Counted from the first letter of the stretch, positions 38,512 to 48,060 are shown. The stretch is 64,000 nt of DNA from Sphingomonas sp. (GCF_040398505.1 NZ_JBBATX010000001.1:14363-78362), one strand, 5' to 3'. The notes: generated by a model not told the origin, from the letters alone. Numbers and translations: made by a program.

Positions 38512-39774
38512 ATGAGTGATGCTGGCCTCGCCCCCGAAAAGCTTGTCTTCGATCCACCCATGGTCGCCCCCGAACGCGACCTCATGTCGAAATTCGACCC
38601 AATCATCGCCGAGCGTCAGGCGCTGATCGACACCGGCGTCACCGATCCGTTCGCGATCGTGATGGAACACGTGAAATCGCCGACCGAGGCGGTGATTGCG
38701 GGGCGCGACACAATCCTGCTCGGCACCTACAATTACATGGGCATGACCTTCGACCCCGACGTGATCCAGGCGGGCAAGGACGCGCTCGACCAGTACGGAT
38801 CGGGCACCAATGGCAGCCGTATGCTCAACGGCACCTTCCGTGATCATATCGAGGTCGAGGATGCACTTCGCGATTTCTACAACGTGTCGGGCGCGATCGT
38901 CTTTTCGACCGGCTATATGGCCAATCTCGGGATGATTTCGACGCTTGCCGGCAAGGGCGAATATGTCATCCTCGACGCCGACAGCCATGCCTCAATCTAT
39001 GACGGATGCCAGCAGGGCAATGCCGAGATCGTCCGCTTTCGCCATAATTCGGTCGAGGATCTCGACAAGCGCCTCGGTCGCCTGCCCAAGGAGCCGGGCA
39101 AATTGGTCGTGCTCGAGGGCGTCTATTCGATGCTCGGCGATATCGCGCCGCTCAAGGAAATGGTCGCCGTCGCCAAGAAGCATAATGCGATGGTGCTGAG
39201 CGACGAAGCCCATTCGATGGGCTTTTACGGCCCCAATGGCCGCGGCGTGTATGAGGAGCAGGGCTGTGAGGCCGATGTCGACTTCATCATCGGCACCTTC
39301 TCCAAATCGGTCGGCACGGTCGGCGGCTTCTGCGTGTCGAACCATCCGAAGTTCGAGGCGATCCGGCTGGTATGCCGTCCCTATATCTTCACCGCATCAC
39401 TGCCGCCCTCGGTCGTCGCGACTGCGGCCACGTCGATCCGCAAGCTGAAGCATGCGCACGCCAAGCGCCGCCAGCTGTGGGAAAATGCCCGATCGCTCCA
39501 CGGCGGGCTCAAGGCGCTCGGCTTCAAGCTCGGCACCGAAAAGCCCGACAGCGCGATCATCGCGATCATCCTCGACGATCAAGCGCAGGCGGTGGCGATG
39601 TGGCAATTGCTGCTGGATGGCGGTCTCTATGTGAACATGGCGCGCCCGCCCGCCACACCCGCGGGCACCTATCTGCTGCGCTGTTCGCTGTGCGCCGAAC
39701 ATACGCCCGCACAAATCGCGCGTGTGCTGCAGATGTTCGAAGCCGCGGGACAGGCAACCGGTGCGATTGGCTGA
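38512..39774 (+). CDS. spt: Serine palmitoyltransferase
   Basis: APERDLMSKFD..TDPFAIVME.VKSPTEA, LLGTYNYMGMTFD, GSRMLNGT, DEAHSMG, GTFSKS (PLP Lys); resembles Sphingomonas SPT. Confidence 0.96.
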   Translation: MSDAGLAPEKLVFDPPMVAPERDLMSKFDPIIAERQALIDTGVTDPFAIVMEHVKSPTEAVIAGRDTILLGTYNYMGMTFDPDVIQAGKDALDQYGSGTNGSRMLNGTFRDHIEVEDALRDFYNVSGAIVFSTGYMANLGMISTLAGKGEYVILDADSHASIYDGCQQGNAEIVRFRHNSVEDLDKRLGRLPKEPGKLVVLEGVYSMLGDIAPLKEMVAVAKKHNAMVLSDEAHSMGFYGPNGRGVYEEQGCEADVDFIIGTFSKSVGTVGGFCVSNHPKFEAIRLVCRPYIFTASLPPSVVATAATSIRKLKHAHAKRRQLWENARSLHGGLKALGFKLGTEKPDSAIIAIILDDQAQAVAMWQLLLDGGLYVNMARPPATPAGTYLLRCSLCAEHTPAQIARVLQMFEAAGQATGAIG

Positions 39775-39780
39775 CGCGAG

Positions 39781-39809
39781 CGCCGCGACTCTATCCACGA
39801 GTCGCGGCG
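39781..39809. promoter_or_regulatory. 11-bp inverted repeat with a GANTC site in each arm, in the kinase promoter region
   Basis: cgccgcGACTC-tatccac-GAGTCgcggcg, then TAAGGT and the ATG 6 nt later. Confidence 0.5.
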
Positions 39810-39826
39810 TGCGGTAAGGTGCTGAC

Positions 39827-41788
39827 ATGAGCGGATCTCAGCCCGATGCGACCGGCACGGATCGAGCCGGCACGGCCTGGCATACGGTAGCGCTGCTCGG
39901 CATGGCCGCGCTCGGCGTAGCGGTGCTCGTCGCGCTCAATCTGACGCTGGGCGAGGCGAACCGCCAGCGCGACAATGCGCTGAAACTGCAAACGCACAGT
40001 TACGAAGTGATGATCCTCTCGGCCACTTTGTCGGGCACGATCGCGCATGCCGAGGCGTCGCTCGGGCGCCATGTGATCAGCGCCGACAAGGAATTGGGTC
40101 AGGCCTATTCGGCCGACTGGACGCTGGCGAACCAGCAACTCGCGCGGCTCGACCTGATCACGCGCGACAGTGCCGAACAGCAGGCGTTGACCACCGAATT
40201 GCAGCGCGCGATGGCGACGCGCGGCGACGAACTCAGCAATGTGGCGCTCAACACGCTGTACAAACGCAACGATCAGGCGCTGGCGCTGTACTACAAAGCG
40301 CGCGCGGCCCCCGCCCGCGCCGAAATCGACCGCGTGCTCGATCAGATCGGCGCGCAGGAGCGCACGGTTCTGGCAAAGCGCACCGGCGTCGCGATGAAGT
40401 CCGTCGCGCGCTCGACCGGGGTGGCCAGTACGCTCTCGGTGTTCGGCATGCTGCTCGCGGCGGGCGCGGTTGCGCTTGGGTGGCTGACCGTGACGGCGCT
40501 CGGGCAACGCGCCGTGGCCCGCACCGAGGCCGCGACCGAGCGTGATCGCGCGACCGAATTGGAAGCGGCGGTCGAACGCGCCTCCGCCGTTTTGCTGGCG
40601 CAGGAAAGCAAGCTGCGGCAGGTCCAGAAGATGGAGGCGGTCGGGCAATTGACCGGCGGCATCGCGCATGATTTCAACAATATGCTGGCGGTCGTGCTCG
40701 GCGGACTCGAACTGGCCAAACGCCAGGTGGAGACCGATCCGGTCGCGGCGCAGCGCCATATCGACAACGCGACCGAAGGGGCCAATCGTGCCGCGGCTTT
40801 AACCCGGCAGCTCCTCGCTTTCTCGCGCGAGGAGGCGCTGCGCTCGGAACCGATCGAGCCGGTCGCGCTGGTGCTCGGCATGTCCGATCTGCTCGATCGC
40901 ACGCTCGGCGACACGATCGAGGTCGATGTCCATGCCCCCGAAAGCGGCAGTTGGCTGGTCCGCTCCGACCGGCATCAGCTTGAAAATGCCGTGCTCAATC
41001 TCGCCGTCAATGCGCGCGATGCGATGGACGGACGCGGCAAGCTGACGATCACGACGGCCGGGGTGACGCTGGCGGAGGGGGCGGTCGGGACGTGCCGGGC
41101 GGGGGACTATGTCGCGCTGTCGGTCGCCGATACCGGCTGCGGCATGGCACCCGATCTGCTCGAGCGCGTGTTCGAACCGTTCTTCACCACCAAGCCGGCG
41201 GGCAAGGGCACTGGCCTTGGCCTCAGCCAGGTGTTCGCCTTCGTCCGGCAAGCCGATGGTGAGGTCGGGCTGGAATCAATCGTCGGCGTAGGCACGACGG
41301 TGACGCTGTATCTTCCGCGCTACGGCGCCGACGCGCGCGCAACGGATAAAACCACGCCCGCCGCACCCGCTCCATTCGAACATCGAGCGCTCGATATTCT
41401 AGTAGTGGAGGACGATCCGCGCGTCCTCGCCGCCACAATCGGCGCGCTCGAAGAGCTCGGTCACCGCCCCGTCGCGTGTAACGATCCGCTCGCCGCGCCG
41501 GCGACGCTGGACCGCCTCGACCGGGTCGATTTGATCGTCAGCGACGTGTTGATGCCGGGTCAGACCGGCCCGGAAATGATCGCCGGCTTGTTGCAGGAAC
41601 GCCCTGATATTGCTGTTCTTTTCGTGACGGGCTATGCTGGCGAAGCGGGCGGCGCGGCCGAGTTTGGCGGGCACCACGTGTTGCGCAAACCCTTTACGCT
41701 CGCCGCGCTTGAGCGCGCGGTCGCGGCGGCGGCGGCCGATGCCGCGGGTCCACCCGATAACAGGATCAACAGCATCGCGGCGGAATGA
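39827..41788 (+). CDS. Hybrid sensor histidine kinase/receiver with CHASE3-like periplasmic domain
   Basis: Two TM helices; GQLTGGIAHDFNNML, NLAVNARDAM, DTGCGM, FFTTK..GKGTGLGL; receiver VVEDD..SDVLMP..TGY..KPF. Confidence 0.93.
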   Translation: MSGSQPDATGTDRAGTAWHTVALLGMAALGVAVLVALNLTLGEANRQRDNALKLQTHSYEVMILSATLSGTIAHAEASLGRHVISADKELGQAYSADWTLANQQLARLDLITRDSAEQQALTTELQRAMATRGDELSNVALNTLYKRNDQALALYYKARAAPARAEIDRVLDQIGAQERTVLAKRTGVAMKSVARSTGVASTLSVFGMLLAAGAVALGWLTVTALGQRAVARTEAATERDRATELEAAVERASAVLLAQESKLRQVQKMEAVGQLTGGIAHDFNNMLAVVLGGLELAKRQVETDPVAAQRHIDNATEGANRAAALTRQLLAFSREEALRSEPIEPVALVLGMSDLLDRTLGDTIEVDVHAPESGSWLVRSDRHQLENAVLNLAVNARDAMDGRGKLTITTAGVTLAEGAVGTCRAGDYVALSVADTGCGMAPDLLERVFEPFFTTKPAGKGTGLGLSQVFAFVRQADGEVGLESIVGVGTTVTLYLPRYGADARATDKTTPAAPAPFEHRALDILVVEDDPRVLAATIGALEELGHRPVACNDPLAAPATLDRLDRVDLIVSDVLMPGQTGPEMIAGLLQERPDIAVLFVTGYAGEAGGAAEFGGHHVLRKPFTLAALERAVAAAAADAAGPPDNRINSIAAE

Positions 41789-41888
41789 TTTGGTAGCTGA
41801 CGAAGCCGCATCACGCCGATATAGCGACGATACGGCCACCGCCGTCTAACGCCCCTCCCCTCCGGCCGGACGCCCCCTCCCCCGCATC

Positions 41889-43088
41889 ATGAAATCCATC
41901 GACCGCTACATGGCCCGGCTGATCGCAGTGCCGCTGGTTTCGACCCTCGTCATCTTCGCGATGCTGCTGGTGCTCGATCGCATGCTGCGCTTGTTCGATT
42001 TCGTCGCGACCGAAGGCGGCCCGGTCAGCGTGGTGTGGCGGATGCTGGCCAATTTGCTGCCCGAATATTTTGGTCTGGGCATTCCGGTCGGCCTGTTGCT
42101 CGGCACGTTGCTCGCCTTCCGTAAACTGGCGACGTCGTCGGAGCTCGACGTGATGCGCGCCGTGGGCATGAGCTACACGCGGATGTTGTACGTGCCGTAT
42201 CTGTTCGCGCTCACGCTCGGCGCGGTCAATCTGGCGATCGTCGGCTTCGTTCAGCCCGAGGCGCGCTTCAATTACGAAAAGCTGCGCTTCGAATTGCGCA
42301 CCGGGGCGCTCGGCGCGTCGATCAAGGTCGGCGAGTTCACGCATTTCGGCAAGGACATGACGCTCAGGATCGAGCAGAGCCATGACTCGGGGCGTCGTCT
42401 GTCGGGTATTTTCCTGCGCCGCGACGACGGCAAGGGCGGCTCGATCGCCGTCACCGCCGCAAGCGGGCAATTCTTCGCGACCGAGAATCTCGACGAAATC
42501 ATTTTCCGCCTGACCGACGGCACGCTGATCCGCACCGAGGCGAATGTGGCGACGCCACGCGTGTTGCGCTTCAGCATCAACGATTTGCCGATTCCCTTGC
42601 CCAAGACAGAAAACTTCCGGATGCGCGGGGCCGAAAATCTTGAGCGCACGCTGCCCGAACTCGTCCGGATCGGCGGCGATCGCGGCGCGAGCAAAGAAGC
42701 CCGCGCCACCAGTCAGGCCGCCTTCAACTTCCGCACCGCCGAAGTTCTGTCGATCCTGCTATTGCCGCTGCTCGCGCTGGCGCTGGGCGTACCGCCCAAA
42801 CGCTCGACCTCGGCGCTTGGCGTGTTCCTCGCGATTGTGATGATCGTCGCCTATCACAAGGTGAACGAATATGCGCAGGCAGTCGGCGGACTCGGCAAAA
42901 TCGATCCGTTTTTGGCGATCTGGATTCCGTTCGCGGTATTCGCCGGGCTGACGCTATGGATGTATTACACCATCGCCTATGTTCCAGGCGGGCAGCCGAT
43001 CGGCGCGCTTGAACGCGTCTTTTCCAAGCTGAGCCAGGCGATCGTAAAGTTGCTGCCGTGGCGGCGTGACAAGGGCGCGGTCGCATGA
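41889..43088 (+). CDS. lptF: LptF-family export permease (probable sphingolipid transport)
   Basis: IDRY, SELDVMRAVGMS, periplasmic beta-jellyroll region, PLLALALG; paired with lptG. Confidence 0.88.
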   Translation: MKSIDRYMARLIAVPLVSTLVIFAMLLVLDRMLRLFDFVATEGGPVSVVWRMLANLLPEYFGLGIPVGLLLGTLLAFRKLATSSELDVMRAVGMSYTRMLYVPYLFALTLGAVNLAIVGFVQPEARFNYEKLRFELRTGALGASIKVGEFTHFGKDMTLRIEQSHDSGRRLSGIFLRRDDGKGGSIAVTAASGQFFATENLDEIIFRLTDGTLIRTEANVATPRVLRFSINDLPIPLPKTENFRMRGAENLERTLPELVRIGGDRGASKEARATSQAAFNFRTAEVLSILLLPLLALALGVPPKRSTSALGVFLAIVMIVAYHKVNEYAQAVGGLGKIDPFLAIWIPFAVFAGLTLWMYYTIAYVPGGQPIGALERVFSKLSQAIVKLLPWRRDKGAVA

Positions 43089-44182
43089 TCTCGTTCCAGC
43101 TTTTCCCGTCGCGCACCGTGTCGCTTTACATGGGCAAGATGTTCCTGCTGCGCACCTTCGCGGTGCTGGCGATGCTGGTGCTGATCCTGCAGGCGCTCGA
43201 TCTGCTGAGTGAATCGGGCCACATCCTGGCGCATCCCGGAAATGGCCAAGCCGAAGTCCTGCGCTATATGTCCCTGCGCATTCCCGCGATCGTCGCGCAA
43301 TTTCTGCCGTTTTCGGTGCTTTTAGGCACGATCATCACGCTCTCGACGCTTAACGGGAATAGCGAAGTGGTCGCGCTCAAAGCGTCTGGCTTGTCGGCGC
43401 ATCAAGTGCTGGCACCGCTGCTGATTGCGGCGCTTGGCGTCGCGATCATTTCCTTCACCTTCAACGAACGCTTCGTCACCCGCGCGAGCGCCACGCTCGA
43501 CCAGTGGCAGAAGCTCGAATATGGCCCGGTCCCGGTCGATCGCGGCGACCGCAGCAACGTATGGGTCCGCAACGGCGACGATCTGTTACAAGTCGATCAC
43601 ATCAGCGGGCGCGGCGATACCACGAAGCTGACCGGCATCACCTTGTTCGATCGAACCGGCGGCAATCTGGTCGCAATCGTCTCAGCCAAAAACGGCGTGC
43701 GGCAGGGTGACGGCTGGAAAGTCGGCCCGGCGACGCGCTTCGATGTCGCCAGCGGCAAGCTGACACAGGTTGGTGAGACCGTGATTGCGTCCGGCGTGCG
43801 GCCTGATCAGTTCACCTTGGCAACCGTGAACGCAAACGGCCTGTCGTTCAGGGCCTTATGGTCGGCCATTGCCGATCTGAAGGCCGGGGGTCGCCCGACC
43901 AAGGCGCTGGAAGGGGCGATGTGGCATAAATTGTCAGGGCCGCTCTCATCGATCCTGATGCCGCTGCTCGGTGCTGTCTCCGCCTTCGGGCTGGCGCGAT
44001 CGGGCAAGCTGTTCGTGCGCGCGGTGATCGGGATGATGCTCGGATTTCTCTACTTCGTCGCCGACAATTTCGCGCTGGCGATGGGCAATTTGGGCGCTTA
44101 TCCGCCCTTCCTCGCGGCATGGGCGCCGTTCCTGCTGTTCTTCATGATCGGCGAGGCGGTGCTGATAAGGACTGAGGAATAG
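43085..44182 (+). CDS. lptG: LptG-family export permease (probable sphingolipid transport)
   Basis: FLPFSVLLG, NSEVVALKASGLS, VWVRNG, WHKLSGPL, PPFLAAWAP; ATGA overlap with lptF. Confidence 0.9.
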   Translation: MISFQLFPSRTVSLYMGKMFLLRTFAVLAMLVLILQALDLLSESGHILAHPGNGQAEVLRYMSLRIPAIVAQFLPFSVLLGTIITLSTLNGNSEVVALKASGLSAHQVLAPLLIAALGVAIISFTFNERFVTRASATLDQWQKLEYGPVPVDRGDRSNVWVRNGDDLLQVDHISGRGDTTKLTGITLFDRTGGNLVAIVSAKNGVRQGDGWKVGPATRFDVASGKLTQVGETVIASGVRPDQFTLATVNANGLSFRALWSAIADLKAGGRPTKALEGAMWHKLSGPLSSILMPLLGAVSAFGLARSGKLFVRAVIGMMLGFLYFVADNFALAMGNLGAYPPFLAAWAPFLLFFMIGEAVLIRTEE

Positions 44183-44448
44183 TGATCGACGCATCGTCGG
44201 TCCCGACGATCGTCTGGCTCCTCGCCGGTTTGGTGAGCCTTGGCGGATCGGTCTATGCGCTGCATGTCCGCAACTATCGGACGGCGCTGCTCGCCTTCAT
44301 TTTGGCCGCGCTGGTGCTGACTATTACGCTGATTCGGTTGCAAGAACCGGCGCGGGGCCAGCCGGTGCGAATTAACCTCGTCCCGAAGTCGACCCCATCG
44401 TCGAGCGCACCAGCCGTGCAACCAGTCCCGGCAACCCCGGATAACTAG
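44182..44448 (+). CDS. Small two-TM membrane protein, overlapping the desaturase 3' end
   Basis: GTG shares one base with the lptG TAG and has GAGGA upstream; two hydrophobic helices and a Pro/Ser-rich tail. Confidence 0.5.
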   Translation: MIDASSVPTIVWLLAGLVSLGGSVYALHVRNYRTALLAFILAALVLTITLIRLQEPARGQPVRINLVPKSTPSSSAPAVQPVPATPDN

Positions 44449-45496
44449 CCGTGTGATACGGCGACTCCGTCCCAAGTGCCTTGGACAGCCGCCGATGCGC
44501 CTCCGCCAGCGAATGGTACGGCAAGCCCGGCAGCAAATGATGCAGCGCATGATAGCGCAAGCCAACAGGTGCCCACAGCGCCGGCAGCAAAGCCGGCGGC
44601 GGCACGTTGACGGTGTCGAGATATTGCGCGGTGACGGTCATCGTCTCGCCTTCGTGATTGTCCCACAAATGCGCGACGAGCGTGCGGATCTGATTGAGGA
44701 CGTACACGCCTGAGGTGATCGCTAGCGCGATCGCGACCATCCGCAGCGGGAAAATGCCGGTCGCGATCAGCACGATCAGCGTGACCGCCCAGACGCTGCA
44801 CGCGCCCTCCAGCATCCACCACAACCGCGCCGCTTCGCCTTCGGCCGCGCGGCGGCGGAAGGCGGGGTTGATCGACAACGACGAATAGCGTTCGACCAGT
44901 ACGCGGTGCATCCCCGGCACGACCAGCGACAGCGGCGTCAGCAAGCCATAGCGCACGATCAGCGCAATCGGCGCGAGGATCGAGGTCAGGATGAACAACG
45001 GCAACGTCCACGGCTTCATCGACGCCAGCGGCAGATATTCGGGATCCTCGACTGTGCCGTAACGCGTGCGCGCGTGATGCAGGTTGTGGACGCCTTCATA
45101 CATGAAGCTCGGCACGAGCAACGGGATGCCGGCGATCAGATTCCATCCCAGACGAAAACCCGGCAGCGACGCATGCCGGATATGCGTGACTTCGTGGATG
45201 AAGCTGCCTGCGCGATACAGCGCCAGCACCGCGACCACGCTCGCCGCGACCGCCCAGCCGACCGAGCCAAGCGTCATTGCCAGCGCCAGCGCGGCATAGC
45301 CGATCCCGGCCGACAGCAGCAGGTCGCTCCAGTAAATCGCGGCGCGGGGCGGGTTGAGGTCGCGCGTCAGCTCGGCCGCCGCGCGCAGCATCGCCTTGTC
45401 GTCGGCAATGCTCGACAAGCGGCCGCGCGGGGCGTCCCCGGCAGAGGCGGCATCGCGCCGCTCGAACGTCAACAAAGTGTCCATGGAAGGGGCCAT
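44372..45496 (-). CDS. Membrane fatty acid desaturase/hydroxylase (possible ceramide hydroxylase)
   Basis: His boxes HEVTH, HNLHH and HALHH; divergent from the ceramide synthase-like gene. Start at 45496 or 45484. Confidence 0.85.
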   Translation of the reverse strand: MAPSMDTLLTFERRDAASAGDAPRGRLSSIADDKAMLRAAAELTRDLNPPRAAIYWSDLLLSAGIGYAALALAMTLGSVGWAVAASVVAVLALYRAGSFIHEVTHIRHASLPGFRLGWNLIAGIPLLVPSFMYEGVHNLHHARTRYGTVEDPEYLPLASMKPWTLPLFILTSILAPIALIVRYGLLTPLSLVVPGMHRVLVERYSSLSINPAFRRRAAEGEAARLWWMLEGACSVWAVTLIVLIATGIFPLRMVAIALAITSGVYVLNQIRTLVAHLWDNHEGETMTVTAQYLDTVNVPPPALLPALWAPVGLRYHALHHLLPGLPYHSLAEAHRRLSKALGTESPYHTASYPGLPGLVARLVRSTMGSTSGRG

Positions 45497-45627
45497 TGCA
45501 AGAAGATAGTGGCTAGATGGTGGCAGCAAAAGGCGGATGTTCCGCCCCACCCCTCCGCGTTTCCCGCGCTTGACAGCGGCGCGCGCACGCGGGACGTGTC
45601 GCGCACTTTTCTGGAGGGACCGCACCT

Positions 45628-46785
45628 GTGGCCATTGCTTCGCTTTCCATTCGCCCCATCAGCAGCAAGGCCGATCGCAAGCGCTTCGTCGATCTCCCCT
45701 TCCGCCTCTACCAGGACGATCCGAACTGGGTCCCGCCACTCAAGGGCGAGGCGCTCGGCCTGATCACGCCAGAGAAGAATGGCTGGTTCAGCCACGCCAA
45801 GGCGCAATTGTTCCTCGCCGAACGCGGCGGCACGGTCGTCGGGCGAATCTCCGCGCATTTCGATACGCTGGCGCTGACCATGGACCCGTCCAAGGGTTTC
45901 GGCCCCGGCTGCGGGCAATTCGGCCTGTTCGATGCCGAGGACGCCAATACGGCAAAAGCGTTGATCAACGCCGCCGAGGGCTGGCTGCGCGGCCAGGGCA
46001 TGAACCGCGTGCTCGGCCCGATCAGCATGTCGATCTGGGAGGAGCCCGGGCTGCTGGTCGAAGGGTTTGATCATCCGCCCACGATCATGATGGGCCATGC
46101 CAAGCCCGAATATCGCGGCTGGATCGAGGCCGCTGGCTATCACAAGGTCAAGGAATTGGTGACCTATGAGCTCGACATCACCAAGGATTTCGTGCCGCTG
46201 CTGCAGCGGATCATCGCATCGGGCGACAAAAATCCGCGCATCCATATCCGGCATGTCGACAAGAGCAAGTTCGAGGAGGAAGCCGCGACGATCCTCGCCA
46301 TCCTCAACGATGCCTGGTCGGACAATTGGGGTTTCGTGCCACTGACTCCGCCCGAGATCGCCGATGTCGGCGTGAAGTTAAAGCCGATCGTGTTCAACGA
46401 CCTGATCCGTATCGCCGAACTCGACGGCAAGCCGGTCGCGTTCATGATCACGTTGCCCGATCTCAACGAAGCGATCGCACCGCTTAAGGGCAATCTCTTT
46501 CCGTTCGGCTGGGCAAAACTGCTGCTGTTTCTGCGCAAGCCGCGCGTGAAGACGATGCGCGTCCCGTTGATGGGCGTGTTGAAGGAATTGCAATCGTCGC
46601 GTTTGGCGAGCCAGCTGGCCTTCATGCTGATCCAGCAAATCAAGGACGCGTCGGTGGCCCATTACGGCGCGACGCGCGGCGAAATCGGCTGGATCCTCGA
46701 CGATAATCAGGGGATGAATTCGATCGCCGAGGCGATCAACTGCGACATCAACAAGCGCTACTGGATTTTTGAAAAGGCGCTGTGA
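45628..46785 (+). CDS. bcerS: GNAT-fold protein, probable bacterial ceramide synthase
   Basis: FVDLPFRLY.DDPNWVPPL, VVGRISA, GPISMSIWEEPGLLVEGF, LNDAWSDNWGFVP, LPDLNE, EIGWILDDN; located in the spt-lptFG locus. Confidence 0.82.
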   Translation: MAIASLSIRPISSKADRKRFVDLPFRLYQDDPNWVPPLKGEALGLITPEKNGWFSHAKAQLFLAERGGTVVGRISAHFDTLALTMDPSKGFGPGCGQFGLFDAEDANTAKALINAAEGWLRGQGMNRVLGPISMSIWEEPGLLVEGFDHPPTIMMGHAKPEYRGWIEAAGYHKVKELVTYELDITKDFVPLLQRIIASGDKNPRIHIRHVDKSKFEEEAATILAILNDAWSDNWGFVPLTPPEIADVGVKLKPIVFNDLIRIAELDGKPVAFMITLPDLNEAIAPLKGNLFPFGWAKLLLFLRKPRVKTMRVPLMGVLKELQSSRLASQLAFMLIQQIKDASVAHYGATRGEIGWILDDNQGMNSIAEAINCDINKRYWIFEKAL

Positions 46786-46792
46786 CCGGGTG

Positions 46793-46821
46793 GCGGTGCC
46801 GCGGGGTGAGCGCGGCACCGC
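46793..46821. terminator. Hairpin between convergent genes
   Basis: gcggtgccgcg-gggtgag-cgcggcaccgc, 11-bp stem. Confidence 0.6.
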
Positions 46822-46827
46822 GCCGGC

Positions 46828-47085
46828 TTAGTTCTTGGCGAGCGGATCGAAGCCTTCTTCGAGCCATGCCTCACGCGTTTTGCAAGTCTTGCGCGCGATC
46901 CGCGACCCCGTCCTTTCATCGAGGACGCAATATTTTTTCGCCGGAGTTGCGACGCGCGCGCCGTCCGCAGCGGCCTGCGGTGCTTCGGTGGTCGGCGTCG
47001 CGGTCGGGCGTGTATCGCGCGCGACGACGGGCGAGGCGGCGACACTCAACAGTGCCGCCGTGGTGATCAGGAACAGCTTGGTCAT
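46828..47085 (-). CDS. Small secreted two-Cys protein (C..TGSR..C.T..W type)
   Basis: GGAGG RBS, signal peptide, KKYCVLDERTGSRIARKTCKTREAW. Confidence 0.8.
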   Translation of the reverse strand: MTKLFLITTAALLSVAASPVVARDTRPTATPTTEAPQAAADGARVATPAKKYCVLDERTGSRIARKTCKTREAWLEEGFDPLAKN

Positions 47086-47265
47086 GATATCCTCCGCTAA
47101 AAAACCTGCGGGTATATCGACCCGCCACTGTGTTAGTGCATTAGTCATGCCAGACACAAGAAGGACAGTTTTTCAGAGAGATAGCGAAATTTTTGAACGA
47201 GCGCTGAATGGTGAAACCCACCAAACTTCGGCCTTTCACACCATTTTGCGGCAGGCGGTTAAGGC

Positions 47266-48060
47266 TCAGAAGCGCCGCGAAACGCCGAAATAGAGTTCGA
47301 CATCCGGGGCAGCGCGATTGAGCCCCGCAACGGCGCCCAGATCGACTTGCAGATCGTCTTTCGCCGCCCAGGCGAGCGATGCCGAGGCAAGATCTTGCGT
47401 GGTCTTGCCGCCCGGATCCTCATCGCGCAGCACCGCGCCTTCGATCGTCGCGGTCAGCGCCTTGGACAGCCTGACGCCGAGCCCGATCACTTCGGAATAG
47501 GCCAGGTGCCGTCCGCCGCCTGCGCTATCGACCGCCGCATCGATTTCACTCGTGGTCGCCAAATTGAGCGTTTCGCTGAGATCGTAGGTCACCGGCACCA
47601 CGACACCCGCTCCCCAATTTCCCGCGCCGACCGGCGCGCGGCCGACGGGCACGCTGACAAACGGCTGAAGCGCAATCGAAAGACCGCTGCCGTCCGGGTG
47701 GAGCAGGTTCGCTTTCATCCCGAGCGTCACGTCGCCGACTCGTCCCGCCATATCGACCGCCTGTGTCGTCTTGTCGCGCATGCGGACATGGCCATACGGC
47801 GTCCAGCCGAGCTGCGCCTCGATACTGTCGGTCAGCCCGACGCGGACGATCGTGTCGCCGACCAACACCGTATCGGTGCGCTGATCGGGCTGATCGTCGA
47901 GCGTCCAGTCGGCGAGCGCCATTTCGACCGAAACATGCTTTGGCGCGATCGTGCAGGGTGTGGTGCCGAGCCCCGGCCGCGTCGGACAATAGTCGCGATC
48001 TTCGGCCAAGGCCGGACTTGCCACGAACACCAGCACGCTTGCCGCGAGCCACCGCGTCAC
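47266..48060 (-). CDS. Outer-membrane beta-barrel transporter (MetA-pathway/SphA-like)
   Basis: Signal peptide, CPTRPGLGTTPC, GDVTLGMK, amphipathic strands, C-terminal GVSRRF. Confidence 0.8.
   Translation of the reverse strand: MTRWLAASVLVFVASPALAEDRDYCPTRPGLGTTPCTIAPKHVSVEMALADWTLDDQPDQRTDTVLVGDTIVRVGLTDSIEAQLGWTPYGHVRMRDKTTQAVDMAGRVGDVTLGMKANLLHPDGSGLSIALQPFVSVPVGRAPVGAGNWGAGVVVPVTYDLSETLNLATTSEIDAAVDSAGGGRHLAYSEVIGLGVRLSKALTATIEGAVLRDEDPGGKTTQDLASASLAWAAKDDLQVDLGAVAGLNRAAPDVELYFGVSRRF

Noticed and set aside
41889-44182. lptFG as evidence for LPS export
   Set aside because: The context is sphingolipid synthesis and no other lpt or lpx genes are nearby; the substrate is more likely glycosphingolipid.
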